In this document: positions 44,960 through 57,655 of the stretch, piece by piece
Numbering within the stretch: position 1 is the stretch's first letter
Layout: each line of letters starts with the position of its first letter
Source: the human T2T-CHM13v2.0 reference genome, Homo sapiens
NCBI RefSeq assembly: GCF_009914755.1
Contig: NC_060937.1
Length of the DNA stretch: 64,000 nucleotides
Direction: 5' to 3' (one strand)
The notes under the pieces: generated by a model
The model's input: only the letters and a program-made list of their open reading frames with translations
The model's database searches: none
Told to the model about the DNA's origin: nothing
Program-made: the position numbers and the translations under genes

Positions 44960-45415
44960 TCCAATCTCCTTCTCTTTCCCCATACTCAAACTATCTTTTT
45001 TTTCTGCTCCTTCAACAAACCAGCACTTGTATTTACACATTAGATAAATTGCACCATTAACTTAAAAAACACAATTTCCAAGATTTTTACAAAACTGTGT
45101 CTTATAGTTTAAAGTATCTCAGCCTTTAAGTATCACTTGTTAGATAACATTTAGTTGCCAATCTTTTTATAATTGCTTTCTCTTACTCTACTCCTTAGCT
45201 TACAGTCCTTTCTGCCATATTTATCGTATTTGTATAACAGATCAAAATCTGTGGTTATCTATTTATTTACCTAATTTTCAGCTCTCTCCACTTATTATCA
45301 TATAAGTTACAAACATTTCAGGTCATATCTTCAGTTTACCACACTATACCAGTAGCTTAAATATCACATTACCCATACTAGCCACTCAAAAATATTTATT
45401 ATGGAATTAATGGAA
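44960..45415 (+). mobile_element. L2 3' fragment
   Basis: Ends cactcaaaaatatttattatggaattaatg, L2-type tail. Confidence 0.5.
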
Positions 45416-45469
45416 CTCTAAATTTAATCTGGTCTCCAAACTAAATATATGGCATAAGTATCAATATAG

Positions 45470-45890
45470 GTTTCAGGTAGATAGGGTTTAGCTATAAGGA
45501 ATACAGGGTGCAACTAAAAGCAGTTTTCACAGGCAAGATGTTTACTTACTTCTACAAAAGAAAGAGTACAAGCCAGGACAGGATAAGAAGAGCAGCCACA
45601 CAGGGACGCTGAAGATTTGTTATACACATGTAGGGACATTAATAGCATTTCCTTAGAAAGAGGTATGATATAAGATAGCATGATGTCTGTAGCACCCTGA
45701 GTCATGATTGCTCATATTGCAGCCAAGAAAAATAGGAAAGGCTGAAGCAGCAAAGGGCAAAGGGGCAAAAGGCCAAAGCCATGCAGGCCAAGTTTGTGCT
45801 TTTTTAAAGGCTTTCCTAGGAACCTATCTTATGATATCCATTTCAATGTCACAAAATTCACATGGCCACACCAAGAAACATGGATATTTT
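45470..45890 (-). mobile_element. Ancient MLT1 (J/K/L-like) LTR
   Basis: ggtttagctataagg ... ttttaaaggctttcctagga ... cacatggccacacc. Confidence 0.5.
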
Positions 45891-46035
45891 ACTTTCCAAA
45901 TAAAAAACTAGGCAAGAGAAGTTTACATTTGCATAGCCTATCAATAGTGTCTGCCAAGATATTTCCATTTTTTAGTGTATCAGAAAATTGGGCACACATG
46001 ACTAACGTACTTTATTCATTTTAAATAGAAACAAA

Positions 46036-46111
46036 TGTGTGTGCATATATATATAAAAGATACATATTTATATGTGTGTAAATATGTGTGCGTGTATGTG
46101 TGTGTGTGTGT
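46036..46111. repeat. (TG)/(TA) microsatellite
   Basis: tgtgtgcgtgtatgtgtgtgtgtgtgt preceded by (TA) runs. Confidence 0.8.
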
Positions 46112-46209
46112 AAAACCAATCAACTTCTGCTGAAAAACTTCTGTAAAACTCATTTTTTTTTCCAGTATGTTTCCTCTGAAGGCAATCTTCACATCTAGGG
46201 AATATTAAT

Positions 46210-46428
46210 GGTAATAATAACAGCATTGATTTATTGAGAGTTTTCCTATGTAACAATTACTATACAAGTATGCCATTTAATCTATTTCTCTAGTTTCAAT
46301 ATTAATATTGGTACTTAATAAATGAGTAAACTGAAAATAATAAGTTTAAAATCTTTTTTCACAGCTAGTCAGCAATACAACTAGGATTTGATATCAGATT
46401 CATACAATTCCGAAGACCCTGACCACTA
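46210..46428 (-). mobile_element. MIR SINE
   Basis: atttattgag, aaatgagtaaactga, cacagctagt, ctaggatttga. Confidence 0.7.
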
Positions 46429-46710
46429 AATGCAAAAGGTACATGGCAACAGCTGATTGCAATGAGAGAAAAACAACTAATAAGGCAACAAGCAGGATAC
46501 TAAGATATTTTCCAAAATGAATAGCACTGATTCTGTGAGGAATGAACATTGCCAAACAAGTGTTTTGTTTTGTTTTTCAACTCCTCTAAAAAATTCACAT
46601 ATATGCATGCCACTTTCCTGAAAAATATCTGCCTCATAATTGCCATAAGAAACTGTATGGACAACTCTTAAACATTCTGAAAGTAGTCAGGGATGGGGGA
46701 AAGCATTTGC

Positions 46711-47108
46711 TGTTTTAGTCTGTTCCTGGTCTTATAATAAATATCACAGACTGGGTAATTTATGATTATAGAAATGTATTTCTGAAAGTTCAGGAGTTGG
46801 GAAGTTCAAGATTATGGCACCAACATATTCATTGTCTGATGAGGGCCTGTTTCATAGATGTCATTTTGCATGACTTAATCACATGGTAGGAAAAGCAAAG
46901 GGACAAAATGGACAAATACCATGTTGTCACATGGCAGAAGAAATGGAAGAGCCAGGAAGCTCTCAGAAGCTTCCTTTATTAGGATATTAATCTCATTCAT
47001 GAGTGCACAGCCATTATGACTTAATTGCCTCCAAAGGCCCCACTTCCTCATCACTTTGAGGATTAAACTTAAACATGAATTTGGAGGAAATATATTCAAA
47101 CTCTAGGA
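46711..47108 (-). mobile_element. MSTD-like MaLR solo LTR
   Basis: tgttttagtctgtt ... cacagactgggtaattt ... ggaagttcaagat ... ccaaaggccccacttc ... acatgaatttggagg. Confidence 0.85.
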
Positions 47109-47914
47109 CTAGTTTAAATGTAGCTAAAAAGGTTTCTTCATTCTGTAATCGTTAATATGCTAATATTTTTGTAAATATCCAAGAGGAAGCTAAAGCATAT
47201 AATATTCCAAAATTTATTTGTTTGTGGATATTATGTTTTCCTCTCATTCAATCTCAAGAAATTAGTGTCCTCAAGAAACACTATATAGGATAATTGTCTT
47301 TCAAGTTCATCAACTACCGGTTCTTGATTCTTCAGTAGCTAATCCTAGATAGTAATACTTAACAGATTATAAAAACTTGGGTGCTGCTATATAAATGCGC
47401 TGAAACTCCCAGGGAACCAAACATAAGGACTTAAAGAGAGATGTAACTAGGGATCATAATCATGAATTTCAGCTGCTTCTCTATCTTTGTCAGTGAGCAA
47501 ATGACCATACAAAATAAGGTATTCAATTATTAATTCTGTGCCCATATCCCGGAATTTTGCCCAATATATTTGTAAGTTTAGATAAATAAGGCACTAATGC
47601 CAGGGATATGTAGCATTAGTTCTGGGTTTATAAAGGGATATTCACAACCTCTTGCCATCCACAGAATTTATCAGCCCAAAGTAAACTATACTCGTTTGTT
47701 AAGGGCAACCTGAAACATGTTTAAAACTGAGGTAGACTGAAGAGTCAACTAATTGCAGGAATCTTTTGTTATTTGGTTGAAATGTTCAAACAAGTCCCAC
47801 TCTGAATTCTATTAGAAGTCCATCATTGGCTTCTCTCTCTTTCTCACTGTCTTAAATCATGTATTTTATAACACTATGAAGAATGAAGTTCAAAAGAATA
47901 AGCTAAATTTAATT

Positions 47915-49145
47915 AATTAAATTATTTATTTATTTATTTTGGGACAGAGTCTCACTCTGTCACCCAGGCCAGAGTTCAGTTGCACGATCCTGGCTCACCG
48001 CATCCTTCACCTCCTGGGCTCAAGAGATCCTCCTGAAGCAGGGCATTTCCCTGACCCCTTCATGGGACTCGTGACAGGGGTGCCCCATTTACTCAGCCCA
48101 CTGCTCTCAACTCCTCAAGGGAGGGAGTGTGTAATTGAATAAGGCAGGAACTGGAGTACATGAGTGCTGGAACCAGTGGCCTCTTTGGTGCCAGAAGGAG
48201 TGAACTCACCCACTCTGACCTGCTGTGTTCCACCTCTTGCAGGAGAGAGCATGCAGGTGAGCAGGTATAGGAGCCAGGAAGAGAGCTTTGGGGTGTTGGC
48301 AGGAGCAAACTCCATGTGGGCCCCATAGCAGCCCCTGGGGTTAGGGGGGGTGCCTGTGATTCCTGAAGCCCCAGTGGGCATATTACAGTGCTCCTTTAGC
48401 TCTGCCATCTTCAGACAGCTGAAGTGTTAGCAGCTCAGCATGCCTTTTTGTATCCACACTCACTCCTGAGCTCTTGTTTGGCATCCAGGAAAAATCAGCT
48501 CACAGAAACGAATTGAAGGATGGTAAATGCAGAGGATTTTATTGCCAAGGAAAGTGGCTCTCAGCAGGAAGGGCAGCTGGGAAGGACATGTAGCAGGAAG
48601 GTTTCTGGCTGGACTCTTCTCCAAAGTTGCACTGTCAAACTGTCTCTCTGAAATCAAGCTGCTTCTCTCCAACGTCCAACCATAGTCTCTGATGCCTAGC
48701 TGCTGCTTCTCTTTTGATGTTCAGCTGCTTCTCTTTTTTGCTAGCTGAGTCTGGGGTTTTTATGGGCACAGGATGGGGAACAGGGGAGGTCATGGGTAAT
48801 TTTGTAAAAGGCAACATTTGAGTGGGAAAACAGGAACGTATGTTCTCACTTTGGGCTTTGGTTCCAGGCTTGAGGGTGGAGCCCTTGCCAGGGACCTGCC
48901 CTCTTTTGCCCAGAATTTCCCTGCCTCCCTTCCCTATCACTCCCACCCCATCACTCCCACCTCAACATCCTGAGTAGCTGGGATTATAGGCGCACACCAC
49001 CACATCTGATTAATATTTAAATTTTTTGTAGAGACAGGGTTTTGTCATGTTGCCCAGGCTGGTCTCAAACCCTGGGCTCAAGTGATTTGCCCACCTCAGC
49101 CTCCCAAAGTTCTGGGATTACAGGTGTGAGCCAGTGTGCCTGGCC
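47915..49145 (-). mobile_element. AluJ split by an LTR1 insertion
   Basis: Alu right arm ends gggctcaagagatcctcc at 48033 and resumes cacctcaacatcctgagtagctggg after the LTR. Confidence 0.9.
48034..48939 (-). mobile_element. LTR1-family (HUERS-P2) ERV1 solo LTR
   Basis: Reverse strand starts tgatagggaagggaggcagggaaattctgggcaaaagagggc...caccctcaagcctgg; 4-bp TSD CTCC at 48030-48033 and 48940-48943. Confidence 0.88.
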
Positions 49146-49569
49146 CTAAATAATATTTATATGGGCATTTTGTAATTATTATTTTTTAATAATATAAATG
49201 TTTCCTTTTTAATATGAATTTTTCAAGAGTTTTAAAATTGACTGATTATTCATTAAAATTTAATGAAGAACAGGAATTGGCTATTTTTCTGAATGACAAA
49301 AATTAGGAAATTTTTAGAGAGATGATGAATTTATCCTAGAATATATGGAAAGAGTAAATCTTGTTATATAGAAAAAGCTACTTTCCAATCCGAAGGATCT
49401 TAGAATAATAATTTTTTTTTCTAGTTTCCTTATAATTGTTTCAAAGTAATACTTTAGACCAAAAATTGTATATCTCAGTAGGTGGCCTATATGATAATTA
49501 AAAAATTAAAAGCTAAGTTAATTAAATTTTTAATTATTTTAATTTTTATTAATTTTAATTATCAATCTT

Positions 49570-49850
49570 CATTGAAGAATTTTGTCCAAAAAATGTGGAC
49601 AATATGTGTCATAAGGATTAATCAGCATAAAATAGTCCCCAAAGGAAATTAAAGGACTGATTAGATAGTACTAAAATAACAATCATACAAAGTAGAAAGT
49701 GGTGTTATAAGAGAAATGTAGATAAAATATTGTAAGAAACTAAAGCAGGAAGATAATGGTTTGAGTTGTGGGAGATCAGGGAAGATTTTTTGGAAAAAGT
49801 AACGTTTAAGCTAGATCTTAGAGAGACATGACTTAACAGAAAAGTAGGCA
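49570..49850 (-). mobile_element. L2 fragment
   Basis: ggagatcagggaagattttttggaaaaagtaacgtttaagctagatctt. Confidence 0.6.
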
Positions 49851-49899
49851 AAAAAATATAAATAACCCTTTCAGATTACAGGCAATACAAATTATGATA

Positions 49900-50850
49900 A
49901 ATATAAAAAAATTCTTACTTTACTAGTAATCAAGTAATTGAATTAAACAATTGGATACCAATTTTTCTTCAGCAGACTGGCAAAACATAAGATGTTAACA
50001 AGGGTTTTGAGGGTACAGGGAAGAGGGTAGGCTCAAACTATGCTGGTATCAATGTATAACCAAGATCTCCTTTGGAGTACAATTGTTATATAGTCTACAT
50101 TCTGTAAAAACTAAACACATATGTTTGCCTTTCCACTTTTGGAAATACATGGTAGATAATCATGCAAGAATGTCAATTGCAGTATTGTGTTGTAATTTTT
50201 AAAAATACTCAAAATATTTATCAATATATAACTACAAATAAAAATAGTTGGACTATCATGCAGACTACAATGCCTCTATTGTGGCATAATAGTTAATAAT
50301 ACAATCTCTGAGAGCAGAATATCTGGATTTGAATAATTTGCTCTCCCTCTAAATGACCTTGAGCAAAGTACTTACAATCTTTTTCTCTCTTCTGTAAAAT
50401 GGAGATAACAGCATTGCCAATTTATTAGCTTGTCATGATGATTAAATGAGATAATCCATATATCACACCAAGTACCCACTACATAATAAGCAACTAATTA
50501 AATTTGACTAATATTAATAATTTCATTATTATTCATCTTAATATCATGGCATGACTTCTAAGGTATATTATTAAATAGAAAAAGAGAAGTTTTAAACTGA
50601 GCCATAGTTTAGAACTTGACTTAAAGCAGACTCACAAAGCAAATGCTCATATCTAGGACAGGTAAATCTACACGTGTTTATACACACATTCACTGTGTTT
50701 GGGGAAAATACACACCAAACTGGAAACACTGGTTGTCTCTGAAGAAGAGACAGGGCTTTGGCAATATTCAAATTAGGCTTTAACTGTTTCTGAAAGTTTC
50801 AGTTCTCTATAAGGAGAAGGTATTACTTATGTAATTTTTAAAAATTACAT
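49900..50850 (+). mobile_element. L1ME4-like fragment containing a MIR
   Basis: tactagtaatcaag, tcagcagactggcaaa, aaaatacacaccaaactg. Confidence 0.55.
50280..50533 (+). mobile_element. MIR SINE
   Basis: tgaccttgagcaaag, tctgtaaaatggagataa, gattaaatgagataat. Confidence 0.8.
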
Positions 50851-52939
50851 ATTAAGTACTAAATGACTGAAGCTTCTTAGAATTGATGGGGGCAGGCATC
50901 ACATGGGCAGCAAGGCATTCACATAATGGAGAATCATGGTCTCCTGTAGATGTCTAGGAGTGATAAAATTAACTACCTTTTAGGTGGTGTAGTTTCCTGG
51001 TTGAGCTGATAATTAAGTTAATGATTAGTAGGTTATTTCTCAACACTGAAGAGATTATTAGTGTTTCAAAGTTTTCACTGTAATTCATCTGTAAAACCAT
51101 TCAACCTACCTCCAGTACAGCTCAGTAATCTGGTGACAAGAGAGTATTCTTGCGCACTTTATTTCCTCTTCAGTGATCTAATGCCAATAATGCCAGCCTA
51201 TAGAAACAACAGCCAATTATAACAAAAAGCACATTAAAAAGTCAAATATAGCTGGGTAATAGACATAAAAATACCTTATTAACATTTTTGTAACACTCTC
51301 AACTGAAATAAACAGACCACTCTCGATTTTAGCATCTGGTTCCAAACAATTCTTGTTTGGGTGATAACTTTTTAAAAACAAATGCTGGGCATCTTTCATC
51401 GACTTTTCATCAAGTAACAGCTGTTCCTTTAGAACAAAATGTATGCATGTTGGAAGTGTGACTGATGCTCACTTCTGTTTTGTTCTGTGTGAGAAAGCTT
51501 TATGTTGGGTGCAATTCAGAAAACAAATGGTTTCAAATCTTTTGAATAGATGCCATAGCACAGTTTAAATGCAGCTTCTTGTGATTTTTAGAATAATTTC
51601 AGCCACAATTTTTACATTCAATTTATAACTATACTAAGACATTCTCCTTCAGAACAAAGGCATTTCTGTTTTCATGTGCTCTTGGGCATCTTCGGGTCAT
51701 TCATTATATCAATCATTTATCTTCGTAAAGTGTTTGGCTATGAACAATTACTTACTACACCAAAACATGAAAGAAATAGATATAGCTCATCTGCTCTTGA
51801 ATGCATTTCTACAGATTCCCTTAGGATAATTCCTGTTTCAACTTAAGCTATTAAATTTTTTGCTGAATTCAAATCACCTAATCTGCTGAAACATGTGGAG
51901 ACAAATAACCACAGACGTTTGCATGAAGGTTCAGGTGTATTTAAGGGCAGCTTAATTATAAGACACTATGAAATTCTCCTAATTAATTTGGAGCTAAATA
52001 TTCTACATCAAATATTTTACAAAACTTAAAGAAATATTTACTTTTCACATGATTACGATTTTGATACTAGGTTAAAAATGACTTATATTGGCATTTTTTA
52101 AACAGTTTAAGACAAATAATGTTTTTGATACTGTTTATTATAACATATGAAAAGTCTTTATATTTATGCAAATATACTCTATTTTATTGTCTGTTCATTT
52201 CATGTTGCATTTGCATGCACTCCTGAATTACTTGTTACTAAAACATACAGAACAGACAGAAAGTTAAAATTGGTTAATTTCTATCTAATCTGGATAAGAT
52301 AAACACAATGAGTGAAATAAATCATTATGTCAAATAACAAAAACCTCATGCATAGAAACTTCAACATTTCTGAATAACAAAAAGTATAACATTATGTAGG
52401 GCAAGGTGCCACTTTTGTATCAACTAGAAATAAGCCCTGAATCTGAATGATGAAATTTTAATAGTAACTGTTGACCGCAGGGCAGAGTTTACTCTCTTGG
52501 TCAGATGCTTTTGTGAATGACACAGTGTGTCCAGATCACTTTTCCCTATAATCACTTCAAATTACTTGACTTTTTGATCTGTTCCTTTTTTCTGTCTCTT
52601 TTTTGTCCACAACAGATATTCCAAATATCCACCGAGTTTTCAAATACTCCAGTCCATAATTGGTCTTCCCATTCCTAGCAGAAGTACTTTGTCTTCTACT
52701 TCCCAGAATAATGTTAATTCTCTTATTTTAGACTTGCTTGTTTTAATTTGTATTTGTTCTTGGCTTTTTTTCTTTCCATCTCACAGGATAAGAGGGCATC
52801 TCTTCTTCCATATTCATAAATACGTTGCCAACAGGAATTTGTTGTTATTTACATTTTCTTCTCCTAGACATTTTAATTTTACTTACCTTCCCTGAGCACA
52901 TGGCAAAGTCAAAACACAAGCAGAATCTTACTTATGAAT

Positions 52940-53340
52940 AGAGGCAGATTTATTAAGCCAGGGGTAGGCAAACTATAGCCAATAAGCCAAAGCCAGGCTG
53001 CCACGGGTTTTTATAAATAAAATTTTATAGGAACTCAGCCACAGACATTCCTTTACATATTGCCTACAGCTGCTTAAGCACTACAAAGGCAAAGTTGCAT
53101 ATTTACAACACAAATCATATGGCCTGCAAGCCTAAAGTATCTACTATCGTGCCCTTTATAGAAAATGTTTATCAGCTTTTGTTCTCTTATCCTAAGTTAT
53201 GAGGCTTACATTTCTGGCCACCTCATTTGCATTTGAGTTTCCAGTTTTGAGTTTGTTGTTTTGTATTCTTGCTTAAAGAGCCCCAAACCCTGACCTCCAA
53301 ATTGAATGTGCTGTAGATCCCACAAAATATGGATCCAATC
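52940..53340 (+). mobile_element. hAT-Tip100 (Zaphod/MER115-like) element split by MER58A
   Basis: gaggcagattta at the left; ttgtattcttgcttaaagagcccc ... cccacaaaatatggatcc at the right. Confidence 0.45.
52959..53181 (+). mobile_element. MER58A (hAT-Charlie)
   Basis: caggggtaggcaaactat ... tatggcctgcaagcctaaagtatctactat ... ccctttatagaaaatgttt; 223 bp. Confidence 0.88.
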
Positions 53341-53436
53341 AAGCTGATGCCATGTCATTATCTGTAGCTTTTATTCTTTGCCATCACACACCTTCCTTGA
53401 ACAGTTAGGCTTCTGCAAAAAATCTTAAATAATCAC

Positions 53437-55704
53437 TGATATGGGTTGGTTCTGTGTCTTCACCCAAATCTCATCTTGTAGCTCCCATAATTTCCACGTG
53501 TTATGGGAAGGATCCAGTGGGAGATGACTGAATCATGAGGGCACGTATGTCCCATGCTGTTCCTGTGATAGTGAATGGATCTCAGGAGATCTGATGGTGT
53601 TAAAAATGGGAGTTTCTCCACACAATCTCTTTTTTGCCTGCTGCCATCCATGTAAGATGTAGCTTACTCCTTCTTGCCTTCCACCATGATTATGATGCCT
53701 CTCCAGCCATGTGGAACTGTAAGTCCAACAAACCACTTTCTTTCGTAAATTGCCCAGTTGCAGGTATGTTTTTATCAGCAGCATGAAAATGAACTAATAC
53801 AGTAAATTGTTACCAGTAGAGTGGGGTGCTGGTGGAAACATATCCAAAAATATGGAAGCGACATTGGAACTGGGTAACAAGCAGAGGTTGGAACAGTTTG
53901 GAGGACTCAGAAGAAGACAGGAAAATGTGGCCAAGTTTGGAACTTCCTAGAGACTTGCTGAATGGCTTTGAACAAAATGCTGACAGTGATATGGGCAATG
54001 AAATCCAGGCTGAAGTGGTCTCAGCTGGTGATAAGGAACTTGTTGGGAACCGGAGTAAAGGTGAATCTTGCTATGTTTTACCAAAGACACTGGTGGCATT
54101 TTGCCCAGCCCTATAGATTTGTAGAACTTTGAACTTGAGAGAGATGATTTAGGGTATCTGGCAGAAGAAATTTCTAAGCAGGAAAGCACTTAAAATGTGA
54201 ATTCGGTGCTGTTGAAGGCATTCAGTTTTATAAGGGAAGCAGAGCATAAAAATTTGGAAAATTTGCAGCCTGACAATGCAATAGAAAAGAAAATCCCATT
54301 TTCTGAGGAGAAATCCAAGCCAGCTACGGACATTTGCATAACATAACGGGGAAAATGTCTCCAGGACATGTCAAAGGTCTTTACCTCAGCCTCTCCCATC
54401 ACAGGCACAGAGACCTAGGAGGAAGAAGTGGTTTTGTGGGCTGGGCCCAGGGTTCCTTTGCTGTGTGCAGCCTAGGGACTTCATCCCCTGCATCACAGCA
54501 ACTCTAGCTATGGCTGAAAGGGGACAACATAGAGCTCAGGCTATGGCTTCAGAGGGTGCAAGCCCCAAGCTTTGGCATCTTCCATGTGGTGTTGATCCTA
54601 CGAGTGCACAGAAGTCAAAAATTGAGGTTTGGGAACCTCTGCCTAGATTTCAGAAGATGTATGGAAACGCCTGAATGCCGAGGCAGGAGTTTGCCATATG
54701 GGTGGGGTCCTCATGGAGAACCTCTGCTAGGGCAGTGCAGAAGGAAAATGTGGGGAGGGAGCCCCCACACAGAATCCCTACTGGGGCACCACCTAGTGGA
54801 GCTGTGAGAAGAGGGCCACCGTCTTCCAGACCCCAGAAGTGTAGATCCTCTGACAGCTTGCACTGTGTGCATGGAAAAGCTGCAGACACTTAACACCAGC
54901 CCATGAAGGCAGCCAGGAGGGAGACTGTACCCTGCAGAGCCAGAGGGGTGGAACTGCCCAAGACCATGGGTATCCACCTCTTGCATCAGCGTGACCTAGA
55001 TGTGAGACATGGAGTCAAAGGAGCTTTAGATTTGACTGCCCTTCTGGATTTCAGAATTGCATGGGGCTTGTAGCCTCTTTGTTTTGGCCAATTTCTCCCA
55101 TTTGCAATGGGTGCATTTACCCAATCCCCTTACCCCTGTAACCCCATTGTATCTAGGAAGTAACTAACTTGGTTTTGATTTTACAGGGTCATAGGTGGAA
55201 GGGACTTGCCTTGTCTCAGATGAAACTTTGGACTGTGGACTTTTGAGTTAATGCTAAAAAGAGTTGACATTTTGGGGGACTGTTGGGAAGGCATGACTGG
55301 TTTTGAAACATGCAGATATGAGATTTGGGAGGGGCTGGAGTGAAATGATATGGTTTGGCTCTGTGTCCCCATCCAAATCTCATCTTGTAGCTCCCATAAT
55401 TTCTATATGTAGTGGGAGGGACCTGATGGGAGAAGACTGAATCATGGGGGCAGGTCTTTCCCATGCTGTTCTCATAATAGTGAATGGGTCTCACAAGATC
55501 TAGTGGTGTTAAAAACAGGATTTTCTCTGCACAAGCTCTTTTTTTGCCTGCTGCCACCCACATAAGATGTGTCTTGCTCCTTTTTGCCATGATTGTGAGT
55601 CCTCCCCAGCCATGTGGAACTGTATGTCCAATAAAACTTTTTCTTTTGTAAGTTGTCCAGTCGTGGGTATGTCTTTATCAGCAGTGTTAAAATGGACTAA
55701 TACA
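53437..55704 (+). mobile_element. Complete THE1A element: LTR 53437-53801, internal 53802-55345, LTR 55346-55704
   Basis: Two tgatatgg...ctaataca LTRs; MaLR ORF remnants (WNWVTSRGWNSLEDSEEDRKMW); perfect TSD ATCAC at 53432-53436 and 55705-55709. Confidence 0.95.
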
Positions 55705-57164
55705 ATCACTCTATCAAATGAGATAATATTTATTCCTTTACCACTGACAACTCTCTCTCTTGGCTCTTCTATTCAATCATGTTACTGATAGACGCTTTGC
55801 TTTTTGTTTTTGTTGTTTAACCTGATTGTTATAGGTTATTTTATGAATTTCTGTTCTTTTAATTTTACAACAATTTTACTATTTCTCCTTACATGTTTAT
55901 AAGTCATATGGAGACTACTTCTCATCTACCCTTACCCCAGAATATTAAAACTTTTCAGAGTTTCAGGATTAATTCCATTATATGGACATGATTCCTTGAG
56001 ATAGGAAAAACTGATTGGATTGTGACATTAGACTTATCAGAATCTAAGATCTTACAAAATATAAAGCTTTACTAGTAATCTCACGAACTCAGTTAATCAT
56101 TAGGCATGGGCAAATCAGAGAATTATTTAGATCTCTTAATCTGATTCTTTAGATCCTTGGTTCTGTCATTAGATACTCCCTTGCCCAGGCAGATAGATGA
56201 GACTTCTAGAGAGGTATGCCGACAATTTATTTACATGGAGATACCTGTCTCAATTATCAAATATCTTCATTTTTATGCAGATAGTTACATATGTGGTATA
56301 TGTGACATTTTCCAGGGAGCCCCATAAATCCACAACCTTCTACTTTGTTAACCATAAGCAATTCTAAACGACCAAGTACATTCTGCTAAAAGCGTTTCTG
56401 TGATAGATAATCACTCTTCTGCTAGCAAAAAAACAAATTGTTTGTCAGGAGCTGTCATTAGTATGTTTATATAAGCAAAATGGGCTTCCTTCCTTCTGTG
56501 GATCCTGGCAGGGCATCTCAGTAATCAGAAAGAATCAAAGACCCTTTCCTTCCCAATCTGCTCTGGCCTTGGTCAACATCTTAGTGCCAAATATTGCTGG
56601 TGTATTATCATTATTGGCTTACACCATTTTCTGCAGTGTTTCACTTAAGCCAACTAATACTCTGACCTTGATTTGAACCATCCAACAGAGAGTAGGAATT
56701 CCCTCCACAAAGCAATGTTACTCATTAACATCTTCCTTTACAAGTCTCTTGATGTTCATTCACAGACTCAATTACCTTTTTCCTCCATCAACCTCAATTA
56801 TTTGCATCATTTTCCACTGGCCTATGGGAGTATTTAATTGAATACATATTTTTTCTCAAATCAAATTTTCTGAAAAAAATTTGTTTCTATGAACTGTATT
56901 TTAGGTATATTCCAGGTTGGTACAAACACTAATTTTCAGGGGTCATTATGTCAAAGAGCCCATCCACACCCCATGGCCTACATATGTCAAAGGATTGTTC
57001 TTTATTCATCCACTTTCTATGAATTCCACACACGGGAGATAAACTTCTTTTTCATCCATATTACCAGGGTTGTCAGGGAGCAACATTAAAGGTCACAGTG
57101 TTCGGTGAAACCTTGCCATAACTTAGACTAAACACGTTTCTCCCATAATTTTACTTCTTCAAAT

Positions 57165-57174
57165 TCTTTCTTTT

Positions 57175-57238
<64 letters not shown>

Positions 57239-57258
57239 TCCTTCCTTCCTTCGTTCCT

Positions 57259-57301
<43 letters not shown>

Positions 57302-57373
57302 CTTTCTTTCTTTCTCCTTTTCTTTCTCTCTCTCTCTTTCTCTTTCTTTCTTTTTCTTTCTTTTTTTTTTTTT
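57165..57373. repeat. Expanded (TTTC)n/(TC)n polypyrimidine tract derived from an Alu tail
   Basis: About 200 bp of almost pure C/T, mostly TTTC units, ending in the Alu poly-T. Confidence 0.95.

Positions 57374-57655
<282 letters not shown>

Noticed and set aside
55601-55614. PRDM9 hotspot motif in the THE1 LTR
   Set aside because: The sequence is CCTCCCCAGCCATG, the ordinary THE1 version, not CCTCCCTNNCCAC; the 5' LTR copy is further diverged.
55997-57100. Possible env gene downstream of the ERVL integrase
   Set aside because: Most of the interval is explained by the 3' LTR; the remainder is too short and shows no env motifs.
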